Shown: piece by piece, positions 38,972-48,809 of the stretch
Layout of the letters: every line of letters begins with the position of its first letter
Numbering within the stretch: position 1 is the first letter of the stretch
NCBI GenBank assembly: GCA_050952645.1
Contig: JBMNLI010000012.1
Coordinates: 160,001-224,000, forward strand
From: Bdellovibrionota bacterium
Lineage (GTDB): Bacteria; Bdellovibrionota_C; UBA2361; CAKMMH01
Reading direction: 5' to 3'
Length of the DNA: 64,000 nucleotides
Notes under the pieces: model-generated
What the model saw: only the letters and a program-made list of their open reading frames with translations
Database searches by the model: none
Told to the model about the DNA's origin: nothing
Program-made: the position numbers and the translations under genes

Positions 38972-39616
38972 ATGAAAAAAGAAAGCACGAAAGATAAATT
39001 GTTAAAAGCAGCAGCGCAGCTGTTCTCTCAAAGCTCGTTTAGCGATCTAACTACTCGTGAAATCGCAAGCAAGGCTAAAGTTAATCTATCTGCGATAAAA
39101 TACTATTTTTCAACTAAAGAAAATCTCTTTATTGAAACTTTAAATATGCTCTTAGTGGAAATAAGAAATGAAAATGTAGAAAACTTAAATTTTGAAGACT
39201 CTATTTCACAAAAAGAAGCTATAAATAGATTTAAAAATTTCATAAGAAATTTTACAGAGCTTATGTCGCTTCCTAGAAGCGTTCATCCGTGTAAAATGAT
39301 GTTAAGAGAGTTTTTAGCATTAAATAGGAAAAATAAAAAAATGTGCGAAACGATGGTTTCTATTATAACTGAGGAGTTTGTAAGACCTTTTGAAGAGAAA
39401 GTAGTAAAATTACTTAGTCTTGTAGCTCCAGAATTTTCTAAAAAAGAGTATGCTATGGTGTTTCAACTAATATGTGCAATGTGCACTCACTGTTTACTAT
39501 CTGGGGAATATATAAAAAGAATGTATGGCATAGACTATACAAAAAGTGAGGAATTAAATAAGTTCTCAGATTACGTCGCTAATTTTTCATTAAAAGGACT
39601 AGGAGTTACGGTTTAG
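38972..39616 (+). CDS. TetR-family transcriptional regulator (CecR/DUF1956-like C-terminus)
   Basis: TTREIASKAKVNLSAIKYYFSTKENLF HTH; heads the efflux operon; start at ATG 38972. Confidence 0.9.
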   Translation: MKKESTKDKLLKAAAQLFSQSSFSDLTTREIASKAKVNLSAIKYYFSTKENLFIETLNMLLVEIRNENVENLNFEDSISQKEAINRFKNFIRNFTELMSLPRSVHPCKMMLREFLALNRKNKKMCETMVSIITEEFVRPFEEKVVKLLSLVAPEFSKKEYAMVFQLICAMCTHCLLSGEYIKRMYGIDYTKSEELNKFSDYVANFSLKGLGVTV

Positions 39617-39725
39617 GCTTTCTTGATTTTAATATTTAAATTTAAAGTTTAAAAACTAAAAGATAAAAAGTTAATATAATAGTTTAATAAAATTTTGTAA
39701 AAAAAAATATATTAAGGAATAATTT

Positions 39726-40850
39726 ATGAAATTAAAACATTTTTTAGTAGGTATTATCGCTAGCGTTATTCTAGGCGTGGTTTTATTGGTAGTAAAAGCT
39801 AACCAAATAAATAAAGAAAATATGGCTACCAAAAACAGAGTTATCCCCCCAACGGCAGTTACGTCTTATAAAGTTAAAAAAGTAGTTTGGCCAAATACGA
39901 TAAAGGCGGTAGGTGGCATAGAGGCTACGCAAGGAACTATGCTAAGCGCTGAAGCAGATGGACGTGTAGTAGATGTTTTATTTGAATCTGGAAAGGTCGT
40001 TAAAAAAGATGAGGTGTTAGTAAAGTTAGACAGTAGCGTTGAAAGAGCAGAGCTTGCAGGCGCTAAAGCTAGGCTTGAACTTGCTAGGCTGAATTTAGAA
40101 AGACAGAAAGCATTAAGAGAAAAAAATGCAAACTCAAAATTAGATTACGATAATGCAAAGTCTAATTTCAAAAATGCCGAGGCTACCGTTAAACAATTAA
40201 GAGCAGTTATAAAAAGAAAAGTGCTAACCGCTCCATTCGATGGGATAGTAGGTATTAGACTAGTAAATTTAGGGCAAATGATAACTACGGGGACTAAAAT
40301 AGTTGCACTTCACACTCTTGATCCCCTATTTGTTAATTTTAATTTACCAGAACAAGATTTAGTAAAAATAAAAATAGGAAATAAAATAAATGTTTCAGTA
40401 GATGCTTTCCCTAACAAGGTGTTTAAAGCTACTTTAACGGCGATAGATAGTTATGTAGACAATAAAACTAGAAATATTTTAGTTCAAGGAACTCTTAGTA
40501 ATCCAGATAATATTTTAAGGTCGGGAATTTACGCTAGAGTTCAAGTCGACTTAGGAGACGATAGAAACGTGCTTGCTATTCCTGTTTCTTCCGTCAATTA
40601 TTCTCCTTATGGAAATAGCGTATTCGTTATAAGCAAGAATGAAGATGAAATGAAAGCTAGAGTAGCTACTTCTAGGTTTGTAAGATTAGGTGAAAAGGTA
40701 GGAGATTTAGTCGAGGTGATAGACGGGTTAAAGTTAGGAGATGAGATTATAAGTTCAGGAACATTTAAAGTTTTAAATAATTCAAAAGTTATCGTTGATA
40801 ACAAGATACAACCATCTTCGAGGCTTTATCCAAATCCTGAGAACTCTTAA
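39726..40850 (+). CDS. RND efflux periplasmic adaptor (MFP)
   Basis: Lipoyl halves (GRVVDV.F.SG..V.K, APFDGIVG), a helical hairpin and a beta-barrel region. Confidence 0.92.
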   Translation: MKLKHFLVGIIASVILGVVLLVVKANQINKENMATKNRVIPPTAVTSYKVKKVVWPNTIKAVGGIEATQGTMLSAEADGRVVDVLFESGKVVKKDEVLVKLDSSVERAELAGAKARLELARLNLERQKALREKNANSKLDYDNAKSNFKNAEATVKQLRAVIKRKVLTAPFDGIVGIRLVNLGQMITTGTKIVALHTLDPLFVNFNLPEQDLVKIKIGNKINVSVDAFPNKVFKATLTAIDSYVDNKTRNILVQGTLSNPDNILRSGIYARVQVDLGDDRNVLAIPVSSVNYSPYGNSVFVISKNEDEMKARVATSRFVRLGEKVGDLVEVIDGLKLGDEIISSGTFKVLNNSKVIVDNKIQPSSRLYPNPENS

Positions 40851-40940
40851 GTAAGAACTTTTAACTTTGAAACTTTTAAGTTTAATTTATGAATAGTTAA
40901 AAAGACTAAATAAAATAAAAAAATAAAAAGGTGTGTTTGA

Positions 40941-43900
40941 ATGAGATTTACAGATATATTTATTAAAAGACCAGTGCTTGCAATTTGTGTAAACTTAATA
41001 ATTTTAATTGTAGGTATTCAATCTATAAATAAATTAACGACTAGACAATACCCTCAAAGTGATTTTGCAAAAATTACGGTAAGAACCATGTATGTTGGTG
41101 CAAACGCAGATTTAGTAAGAGGTTTTATTACTACCCCATTAGAGCGTGTTATAGCGAGTGCAGATGGTATCGATTATATAGAGTCTTCAAGCACGCAAGG
41201 CTTAAGCACTATAACTGTAAATTTAAAATTAAATTACCCTGTAAATGAGGCGTTAACTCAAATCCAATCCAAGGTAAACCAAGTAAAGAGCGAGCTTCCT
41301 GCAGGTTCTGAAGAGCCTATAATCGATATGGAAAATACGAACGATAGGTTTGCATCATTATTTATAAGTTTTTACTCAGACGAGTTAGAAGCAAATGAAA
41401 TTACAGACTATCTAATAAGGGTAATACAACCAAAACTTTCCTCCGTTCCTGGGGTGCAAAAGGCTGAAATTTTAGGTGGAAGAACTTTTGCAATGCGTGT
41501 TTGGCTAAACCCAGATAAAATGGCATCGATGAATATTAGGGCAGTAGATGTTTATAGTGCATTAAGGGCTAATAACTACTTATCTGCACTAGGAAGTAGC
41601 AAAGGCAATATGGTTAAGGTCGTTTTAAATGCTAATACCGATGTGCAAGATGTTGCAGGGTTTGAAAACCTAGTGATCAAAGATACTGGTGGAACGCTTA
41701 TAAGATTAAAAGATATCGCAAAGGTAGAACTAGGCGCCGAGGATTACGATACTGATATTAGGTTTAGAGATAAATCTGCTATTTTTATAGGTATCTGGGC
41801 ACTTCCTAATGCTAATGCGTTAGATGTTGTTAGTGATATTAGAAAATTGCTTCCAGAAATAGAAAAGATTTTGCCTAGTGGTTTAAGTTTAAAGGTATGC
41901 TATGATGCTACGGATTATATTAGAAACTCCATAGCTGAGGTAAAAGGAACGCTTTATGAAACTATTATCATAGTAATGCTAGTTATCTTTTTATTTATCG
42001 GCTCCTTTCGTTCTGTGCTAGTGCCAATCGTAGTTATTCCTCTTTCTCTAATCGGAGCCTTTGGGCTGATTTTAATTTTGGGATTTTCTATAAACCTTTT
42101 AACGCTTTTAGCTATCGTGCTAGCCGTAGGGTTAGTAGTAGATGATGCCATAGTAATGCTTGAAAATATAGAGAGGCACGCCTCGGAAGGGAAAACGCCA
42201 TTTGAAGCTGCAATAATAGGTGCTAGAGAACTTATTGGTCCTATCGTTTCAATGACTATCACTTTAGCTGCAGTTTATGCTCCGATAGGTTTGCAAGGAG
42301 GTTTAACGGGGACTCTTTTTAAAGAGTTTGCTTTTACTCTTGCAGGGACGGTTCTTATTTCTGGGGTTATCGCTTTAACTCTATCTCCTATGATGGCTTC
42401 TAAGCTAATTAGCAAAAAGAAAACACCTTTAAAAGAATTAGTAGAAAAAGCATTTGAAGCAGTAAAAAATCTGTATGAAAAAATGCTTAAGGCATCTTTA
42501 AACGCTAGAGCTGGAGTCTTAGTATTCGCAGTTTTTGTAATGCTACTAATATTTCCTTTATATAAGTACTCGACTAGCGAACTTGCCCCTTCGGAGGATA
42601 ACGGAGCCGTAATGACGATTATAGAGGCTTCTGCAAACTCGACTAAAGAGCAGACCGTAGGATATATGAAGCCGATAGAAGAAATATTAACAAACGTTCC
42701 AGAAACCGATTTATTTTTTAATGTTGTGCAATTTAATACTGGGTTTTCGGTAATTACATTAAAGCCTTGGAAAGAAAGAAAAAGACATGCAGATGAGATA
42801 AGAATGAGTATATATGCGCAAGTAGCGCAAGTCCCAGGAGTAAGAACTATAGTAATGACGCCTCCTCCACTTCCTGGGGGAAGTATGTTTCCTGTAGAAT
42901 TTGTAATCACATCTACGGACGAACCGAGAATCCTTTTAGAATATGCAAATGAGCTAGTAAAAGCTGGTATGGAAAGTAAAAAGTTTATGTATATCGATAC
43001 AGATTTAAAATACGATTTGCCAGAAAGTAAACTTATACTAGACCACGAGAAAATTGGAACTATGGGGCTTAATTTAAGTGATATTGGGCAAGATGTTTCA
43101 ATCTTTTTAGGTGGTAATTACGTAAATAGATTTAATATGCAAGGAAGAAGCTATAAGGTAATTCCGCAAATAAATAGAAAAGATAGGCTAAACCCTGAGC
43201 AGATTTTAGATTTACATATAAAAAGTAATTCTGATAATTTAATAAAATTAGGAACAGTTGGAACTCTAAAGGATACAGTAGAGCCTAGAGAGCTTAAAAA
43301 ATTTAATCAGTTAAATGCGGTTAAGATAAATGGAGTGCTTCCAACTGGCGTAACTATAGATGGTGGTTTAAGAGTGCTAGAAGATAAAGCAAAGGAAATT
43401 TTACCAACAAGCTATCAAGTAGATTACGCAGGAGAGTCTAGGCAATTAAGAACCGAGGGAGACCAACTAAAAGTAACTATAGTTTTATCTTTTATTTTAA
43501 TTTACTTAGTTTTAGCTTCACAGTTTGAAAGTTTTAGAGATCCATTTATTATTTTAATGGGTTCAGTTCCTTTAGCCTTGTCTGGAGCTTTGCTATTTTC
43601 ATTTTTAGGTTTTACTACTATAAACATATATTCACAAGTAGGGTTAGTTACCTTAATAGGGTTAATTTCTAAAAATGGAATTTTAATAGTAGAGTTTGCA
43701 AATTCCTTAAGAGAAAAGGGGCTTTCTAAGCTCGATGCTATCACTCAAGCTTGCCTAATAAGATTGAGACCAGTGCTAATGACCACTGCTGCGACGATTG
43801 TAGGACATTTTCCGTTAGTTATCGCAAGAGGACCAGGGGCAGGTGCTAGAAATAGTATCGGTATTATGCTAGTAACTGGAATGTTTATAGGAACGCTGTT

Positions 43901-43982
43901 TACACTTTTTGTAGTTCCAAATATTTATATGGTAATTTCTAAAAAGAATTGGAAAAAAAGAGATATTAAAATAGATTATTAA
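40941..43982 (+). CDS. RND efflux permease (HAE1, MexW/MexI-like)
   Basis: FIKRPVLA, GLVVDDAIV.LEN, KNGILIVEFAN and RLRPVLMTT motifs. Confidence 0.95.
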   Translation: MRFTDIFIKRPVLAICVNLIILIVGIQSINKLTTRQYPQSDFAKITVRTMYVGANADLVRGFITTPLERVIASADGIDYIESSSTQGLSTITVNLKLNYPVNEALTQIQSKVNQVKSELPAGSEEPIIDMENTNDRFASLFISFYSDELEANEITDYLIRVIQPKLSSVPGVQKAEILGGRTFAMRVWLNPDKMASMNIRAVDVYSALRANNYLSALGSSKGNMVKVVLNANTDVQDVAGFENLVIKDTGGTLIRLKDIAKVELGAEDYDTDIRFRDKSAIFIGIWALPNANALDVVSDIRKLLPEIEKILPSGLSLKVCYDATDYIRNSIAEVKGTLYETIIIVMLVIFLFIGSFRSVLVPIVVIPLSLIGAFGLILILGFSINLLTLLAIVLAVGLVVDDAIVMLENIERHASEGKTPFEAAIIGARELIGPIVSMTITLAAVYAPIGLQGGLTGTLFKEFAFTLAGTVLISGVIALTLSPMMASKLISKKKTPLKELVEKAFEAVKNLYEKMLKASLNARAGVLVFAVFVMLLIFPLYKYSTSELAPSEDNGAVMTIIEASANSTKEQTVGYMKPIEEILTNVPETDLFFNVVQFNTGFSVITLKPWKERKRHADEIRMSIYAQVAQVPGVRTIVMTPPPLPGGSMFPVEFVITSTDEPRILLEYANELVKAGMESKKFMYIDTDLKYDLPESKLILDHEKIGTMGLNLSDIGQDVSIFLGGNYVNRFNMQGRSYKVIPQINRKDRLNPEQILDLHIKSNSDNLIKLGTVGTLKDTVEPRELKKFNQLNAVKINGVLPTGVTIDGGLRVLEDKAKEILPTSYQVDYAGESRQLRTEGDQLKVTIVLSFILIYLVLASQFESFRDPFIILMGSVPLALSGALLFSFLGFTTINIYSQVGLVTLIGLISKNGILIVEFANSLREKGLSKLDAITQACLIRLRPVLMTTAATIVGHFPLVIARGPGAGARNSIGIMLVTGMFIGTLFTLFVVPNIYMVISKKNWKKRDIKIDY

Positions 43983-44120
43983 AAAAATGCTAATAATACT
44001 AATTTTAATATTGTATAGTAATATTTGTGATAGTTATTAGTAGTAGTTATTTAGCAATTAAGTAGTAAATAGTAAATATGAATAGATAATATAAATAATG
44101 ATATTTTAGGGTTAATTTTT

Positions 44121-45548
44121 ATGTTAAAAAATATTAAAAAAGTTTTTATAAGTTTTATATTGCTACTTTTTAGTGCTTGTGCAGTAGGCAGGGATTATAT
44201 AAAGCCGAGTATAGAAACTCCAAGTAAGTTTGATGCAGAAAGTAGTAAAGATTTTACTAAAGAAATAGTCGATACTTCTTGGTGGAAATATTTTGAAGAT
44301 AAGACGCTATCAAAATTAGTAGAAGATGCCGTAAAAGGAAATAAAGATATAGAGCAAGCTTTATCTAGAGTCAATCAATCTAGAGCATTATTAAAAGAAG
44401 CTTATGCAAAGTTTTTACCTACTACTAGCGCGGGGTTTGTAGGCCAAGATGTAAAAAATCACGCTACAGGAACTATTAGACAAATGCCTATAAGCGATAA
44501 CGATCTATTTGCCGCTTCGGCTGATGCTAGTTGGGAAATCGATATTTTTGGGAAATTAAGAAGAAATGTCGAAATGCAAAAAGCAACGCTACATGCTACG
44601 ACTGCTAGTTTATACGATGCTACTAGAATACTAGTTGCCGATGTAGCAAACGTATATTTTTCCTTAAGAAGTTATCAAGAACAGCTTGCTATCGCTAAGA
44701 AAAATATCGAAACTCAGCAAGAAACCTTAGAGATAGTAACTGCAAAATTTTTAGCAGGTCAAGTAAGCGAGTTAGATAAGGTTAGAGCTGAAACTCAGCT
44801 TGAAGCTACTAAGTCGATTACACCACCGCTAGAAACTGCTATTCAAGTTAATATGCATCGCTTAGCAGTGCTTTGCGGAAAATATCCTAATGAGTTAGAA
44901 AAAGAGCTTTCTTTATGGGAGCCTTTAAAAATATATAATGGTCCAGTTATAATCTCAGATGCTGAAAATCTTTTAAAAACTAGACCAGATATAATGATGG
45001 CTGAAAGAAATTTAGCAGCTGCTACGGCTTTAATAGGTGTTAATAAGGCAGATTATTTTCCTCGTTTTTCAATCTCAGGTTCTTTAAGTTTAAAGACCGA
45101 TGACTTATCTAAGCTTTTTCATAACGGCATGCAAAGCTCTTTTGGTCCTAGCATTACTTGGACGCCACTCGATTTTGGGCAAATTAGAGCGAGAGTAAAA
45201 GCTAGTGAGGAAAGAGTAGGCGAGGCATTATCGAAATATGAAAGCACTATCTTGCGTGCGTTTGAAGATGTTGAAAACTCATTAACTGCTTTCTCAGCAG
45301 AAAGAAGAAGATATGCGATGCTTAAAAAAACTTTTGAACTTTCAGAGAAGGCTTATCTTTTAGCAAAAGACCAATATAAAGAGGGTGTGTTAGATTTTAT
45401 ATCCGTTTTAACTGCACAAGGCGATATGTTAAATAATGAAAATAATTTATGTAAAAGTAAAGAAAGATTAAATAGTTCTATCGTTTCCATATACAAAGCG
45501 TTAGGTGGAGGCTGGGAAGCTTGGCAATTAGTCGAGGATAAAAAATAG
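44121..45548 (+). CDS. RND efflux outer-membrane lipoprotein (NodT/OprM family)
   Basis: Lipobox FSAC, SWEIDIFG, RPDI..AE and YKALGGGW motifs. Confidence 0.93.
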   Translation: MLKNIKKVFISFILLLFSACAVGRDYIKPSIETPSKFDAESSKDFTKEIVDTSWWKYFEDKTLSKLVEDAVKGNKDIEQALSRVNQSRALLKEAYAKFLPTTSAGFVGQDVKNHATGTIRQMPISDNDLFAASADASWEIDIFGKLRRNVEMQKATLHATTASLYDATRILVADVANVYFSLRSYQEQLAIAKKNIETQQETLEIVTAKFLAGQVSELDKVRAETQLEATKSITPPLETAIQVNMHRLAVLCGKYPNELEKELSLWEPLKIYNGPVIISDAENLLKTRPDIMMAERNLAAATALIGVNKADYFPRFSISGSLSLKTDDLSKLFHNGMQSSFGPSITWTPLDFGQIRARVKASEERVGEALSKYESTILRAFEDVENSLTAFSAERRRYAMLKKTFELSEKAYLLAKDQYKEGVLDFISVLTAQGDMLNNENNLCKSKERLNSSIVSIYKALGGGWEAWQLVEDKK

Positions 45549-45575
45549 AGTATCTTTTTTCTAGAGTATTTTTTT

Positions 45576-45592
45576 TTGGTATACATTTTGCT
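45576..45592 (+). promoter_or_regulatory. Sigma54 (-24/-12) promoter of fliK
   Basis: TTGGTATACATTTTGCT has GG-N10-GC spacing and lies 40 bp before the ATG. Confidence 0.7.
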
Positions 45593-45632
45593 TTTATAAG
45601 TTAAAGGTCGTTTATAAGAGTAAAAAGCGTAT

Positions 45633-47267
45633 ATGAATATAAAATCAGAAAATATATCGAATTTTAAGCAAGTTAAGGCTGACACTTCCTCTTTTTATCT
45701 AGATAATTTAAGTAATCTAAATAAAAACAAAGAGAGTGGATGGGAAGTTTTTTCCTCTATGTTAGAAAATTTTTCTAATACTGCTACGTTTAATAAAGAA
45801 GATATCAAAAGAAATACTAATATTAACAAAAACGATTTTAGAGAAAAAGATATAGAAAATAGAAGATTAGCTAGAAAAGAAGATAATTTTAAAGATAATT
45901 TTAAAGATGATAAAAAAATAGATCGAAAAGAAAGCTTAAAAGAAATTTCTAGAGAAACTAATTTTAGAGAAACTAAAAAGAGTGATAAGAAAATTTCTAA
46001 TAAAAAATCTTCTAATGAAACTAAGCAAAAAGAAGCTACTAGCGAAGAAAGCAATAAGATAAATAAAGAGCAAGCGGAAAATAAAGAAAGTAATAAAATA
46101 AATAGCGAAAAAACTAATAATATAGAACCTAGTAAAATAAGCACTGAAGATGTAAAAGAGCTTGTGCAAAAGATAATAAATATTTTAGAAGCTACAAAGA
46201 AATTTACTAACGATGAAATACTTAAAATAAAAGATGCGCTTGAAAGTGGTAGTTTCGATTTGCAAAAATTTAATTTAAAAGATTTTTTATATAATTTAAA
46301 AGAAGCGATAGAAGGCAAGAGTTTTACTAATTTAGAGTTAAATAAATTTATTAAAGATGTAAGCAAATTAGTAAACGAGCTACAAAGTAGCGGAAAGATA
46401 GATGTAGCATTTTTAGAAAGCGTTTTGCGAGAAAGCACGAAAGAAAAAGAGCAAATAAATAGCGATATTAAAGTTCGTGAAACTTCTAAAGATAAATTAA
46501 ACATAACTTCGGTATTTGAAGAAGTGCTAAAAGATATTTTAAATTCAAATTTACAAGGCGATAATAATGAAAGACTTCAAAATTTTTCGAGTCTCTATCT
46601 AAATAATAATAATTTACCAAATAAAAATACTCAAACAGATTTACTTATAGAAAAGTTTCAAACTATAACTCGTTCGCTAAGTGGTAGTTATGAAAACTCT
46701 TCGATGCTTAATGTAGAAAAGAATTTTTTAGATACTCAAAATATGGTAAATGCTTTAAATACCGATGCGAAAAATAGTATCGATTTAACAGCAAAAAAAG
46801 ACGTGTTCTTAAAAACTTTAGATGGGAATGCTCAAGCTAAAGTTTTAGAGAGAGTAGCAGACGTTCTAAAAACTATTTCTTCGTCGAAAGATGGCTCGTC
46901 TATTTCACTCAGGTTAGACCCACCTAGTCTTGGAGAGGTGAAAGTCGATATGACTTATAAAAATGGAAATTTATTTGCAAGAATTATTGCAGACAATAAA
47001 GAGGTAGAGAACCTATTAAAAAGCAAAGCCGCAGAGCTTCAGCAAATTTTAAGAAATTCTGGTATAGATGCAAATAAGATAAATGTTTTTATAGCTTCTA
47101 AAGATAATTATGAAAATAGAGAAAGTAAAAATATGAGTGAAAGCAATATAAAAAACGATATCTTAAAAATTTTAAGTCAAAGCGATGATGAAAATAGTGA
47201 TGCTCGAAGCGATGCTTTAGAAGCACTTGAAAATAAAAATGAAAGTTTATCTAGATGGATAGCTTAA
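45633..47267 (+). CDS. fliK: Flagellar hook-length control protein FliK
   Basis: Long low-complexity N-terminus plus the C-terminal LRLDPPSLGEVKV...V..LL......L...L..SGI T3S4 domain. Confidence 0.82.
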   Translation: MNIKSENISNFKQVKADTSSFYLDNLSNLNKNKESGWEVFSSMLENFSNTATFNKEDIKRNTNINKNDFREKDIENRRLARKEDNFKDNFKDDKKIDRKESLKEISRETNFRETKKSDKKISNKKSSNETKQKEATSEESNKINKEQAENKESNKINSEKTNNIEPSKISTEDVKELVQKIINILEATKKFTNDEILKIKDALESGSFDLQKFNLKDFLYNLKEAIEGKSFTNLELNKFIKDVSKLVNELQSSGKIDVAFLESVLRESTKEKEQINSDIKVRETSKDKLNITSVFEEVLKDILNSNLQGDNNERLQNFSSLYLNNNNLPNKNTQTDLLIEKFQTITRSLSGSYENSSMLNVEKNFLDTQNMVNALNTDAKNSIDLTAKKDVFLKTLDGNAQAKVLERVADVLKTISSSKDGSSISLRLDPPSLGEVKVDMTYKNGNLFARIIADNKEVENLLKSKAAELQQILRNSGIDANKINVFIASKDNYENRESKNMSESNIKNDILKILSQSDDENSDARSDALEALENKNESLSRWIA

Positions 47268-47427
47268 AAAAGATTTTTAATAATATTTGCAAAGTAAAAG
47301 ATGAAAGAAGGGTAAATAAATTTATAATTTAGAAATTTATTAAATTGTTCCTTGTCAATTTCCTATAAAGTGTATATCTTAAAATTAAGTCCTTTTATTT
47401 TTTCAATCCAAAATTAACAAATTAAAT

Positions 47428-48780
47428 ATGAAGTTTTATAGAAGTTTTACATTTTTAATATGCTGTTTTATTTTTACAAATTCTGTAATGGCAGATGAGT
47501 TTGCAAGTTTATTAAGTGCGACTAAACAAAAGGTAGGTTTTTACTTGTATGATATCGAAAATAATAGAGTATTATCTTCTTACAAAGAAACTAGACCGTT
47601 AAGACCTGCAAGCCTTTTAAAAATTCTTACTAGCTACGGAGCTTTAAGAACTTTAGGCCCCGAGCATACTTTTACTACTAAGGTGTTCGTTGAAGGACAT
47701 AGAGGTAGCCACGTAGAGCGTTTAATAGTTAAAGGTGGAGGAGACCCTAGCTTTAGCACTGAAAGCCTTTGGAAGCTAGCTAGAGAGATTAAGAAAGCTA
47801 GGATTAGTAAAATTAACACTATCGTGCTAGATGATTCGCTATACTTAAATTTAAATGAAAGGGGCGGAGAGCGTGCTTATCAAGCAAAGGCTACGGCTCT
47901 TCCTTTAAATTATAACTCTATCGAGTTTAAAGTTTGTCCTCGTAGTTGTGGAATGCAGGCGGACGTATCTTACGATCCTTTTGAGTATGGGATAAATTTC
48001 GACGGCAAAATTATAACAGATAGTAAAAAACATTTTTACCAAGTTGATGAATTAAAAACGTCTCCTAACACTTATACGCTTTCTGGAAATATAAAATGCA
48101 TGGCGCCTTGTGATACTTTTTATAGGAGCATAGATGATCCGCTTTTATATTTTACTCAAGTTTTCTATGAATTTTTAAGTTATTTAGATATAAGTGCTTC
48201 AAAAAAATTTTTAGCGAGTGTAAAAAGCGATAATGGTAAACTATTATTTTCTCAAAGTAGTTTGCCATTAAAAGAAATATTAGTAGGGCTAAACCATTAT
48301 AGTGTAAACGTAACTGCTAACCATTTAGTTTATGCTATTGGAAAGACTGACATCGGAAAAAGTTTTAATGTAGGGCTAGGCGTGTTAAATAAAGTAGCTA
48401 GGGATTTTGGTTGCACTAGTTGCAATATAGTCGATGGCTCAGGGTTAGATCATAAAAATTTACTTAGTGCTAAAGTGCTAGGAAATATATTAAATGCTAT
48501 AGCAAAATCTCCAAGCATTAGCGCAGAGTTTGAAAGCTCACTTCCTACAATGGGTAGAAGCGGCACTTTAAAGAAAGTTAATTATCTGCCGCAATCGGTA
48601 GTCTTAAGGGCAAAAACTGGAACCATAAATGGAGTAAGAGGGCTTGCTGGGTATATCTATTCTAGGAGAGGTAAGAAATATACATTTGTTATAATGCAAG
48701 ATGGAGCAGATTATGTGAGCGCCGTTAACCTTGAAAGGAAATTAGTTAATTTAATAAATAACAGAATAAATAGAAATTAA
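47428..48780 (+). CDS. dacB: D-Ala-D-Ala carboxypeptidase/endopeptidase (PBP4, S13)
   Basis: PASLLK (SxxK), GGGDP, SVN (SxN), DGSGL and AKTGT motifs. Confidence 0.9.
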   Translation: MKFYRSFTFLICCFIFTNSVMADEFASLLSATKQKVGFYLYDIENNRVLSSYKETRPLRPASLLKILTSYGALRTLGPEHTFTTKVFVEGHRGSHVERLIVKGGGDPSFSTESLWKLAREIKKARISKINTIVLDDSLYLNLNERGGERAYQAKATALPLNYNSIEFKVCPRSCGMQADVSYDPFEYGINFDGKIITDSKKHFYQVDELKTSPNTYTLSGNIKCMAPCDTFYRSIDDPLLYFTQVFYEFLSYLDISASKKFLASVKSDNGKLLFSQSSLPLKEILVGLNHYSVNVTANHLVYAIGKTDIGKSFNVGLGVLNKVARDFGCTSCNIVDGSGLDHKNLLSAKVLGNILNAIAKSPSISAEFESSLPTMGRSGTLKKVNYLPQSVVLRAKTGTINGVRGLAGYIYSRRGKKYTFVIMQDGADYVSAVNLERKLVNLINNRINRN

Positions 48781-48809
48781 ATAAAAAGGGTAAACAGAGA
48801 GATAGACGT

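Noticed and set aside
42275..46504. Long antisense ORFs (e.g. 42275-42910, 45695-46504; also 12593-13021, 21802-22386, 63282-63596)
   Set aside because: These are shadows of well-supported genes on the opposite strand, with low-complexity translations.
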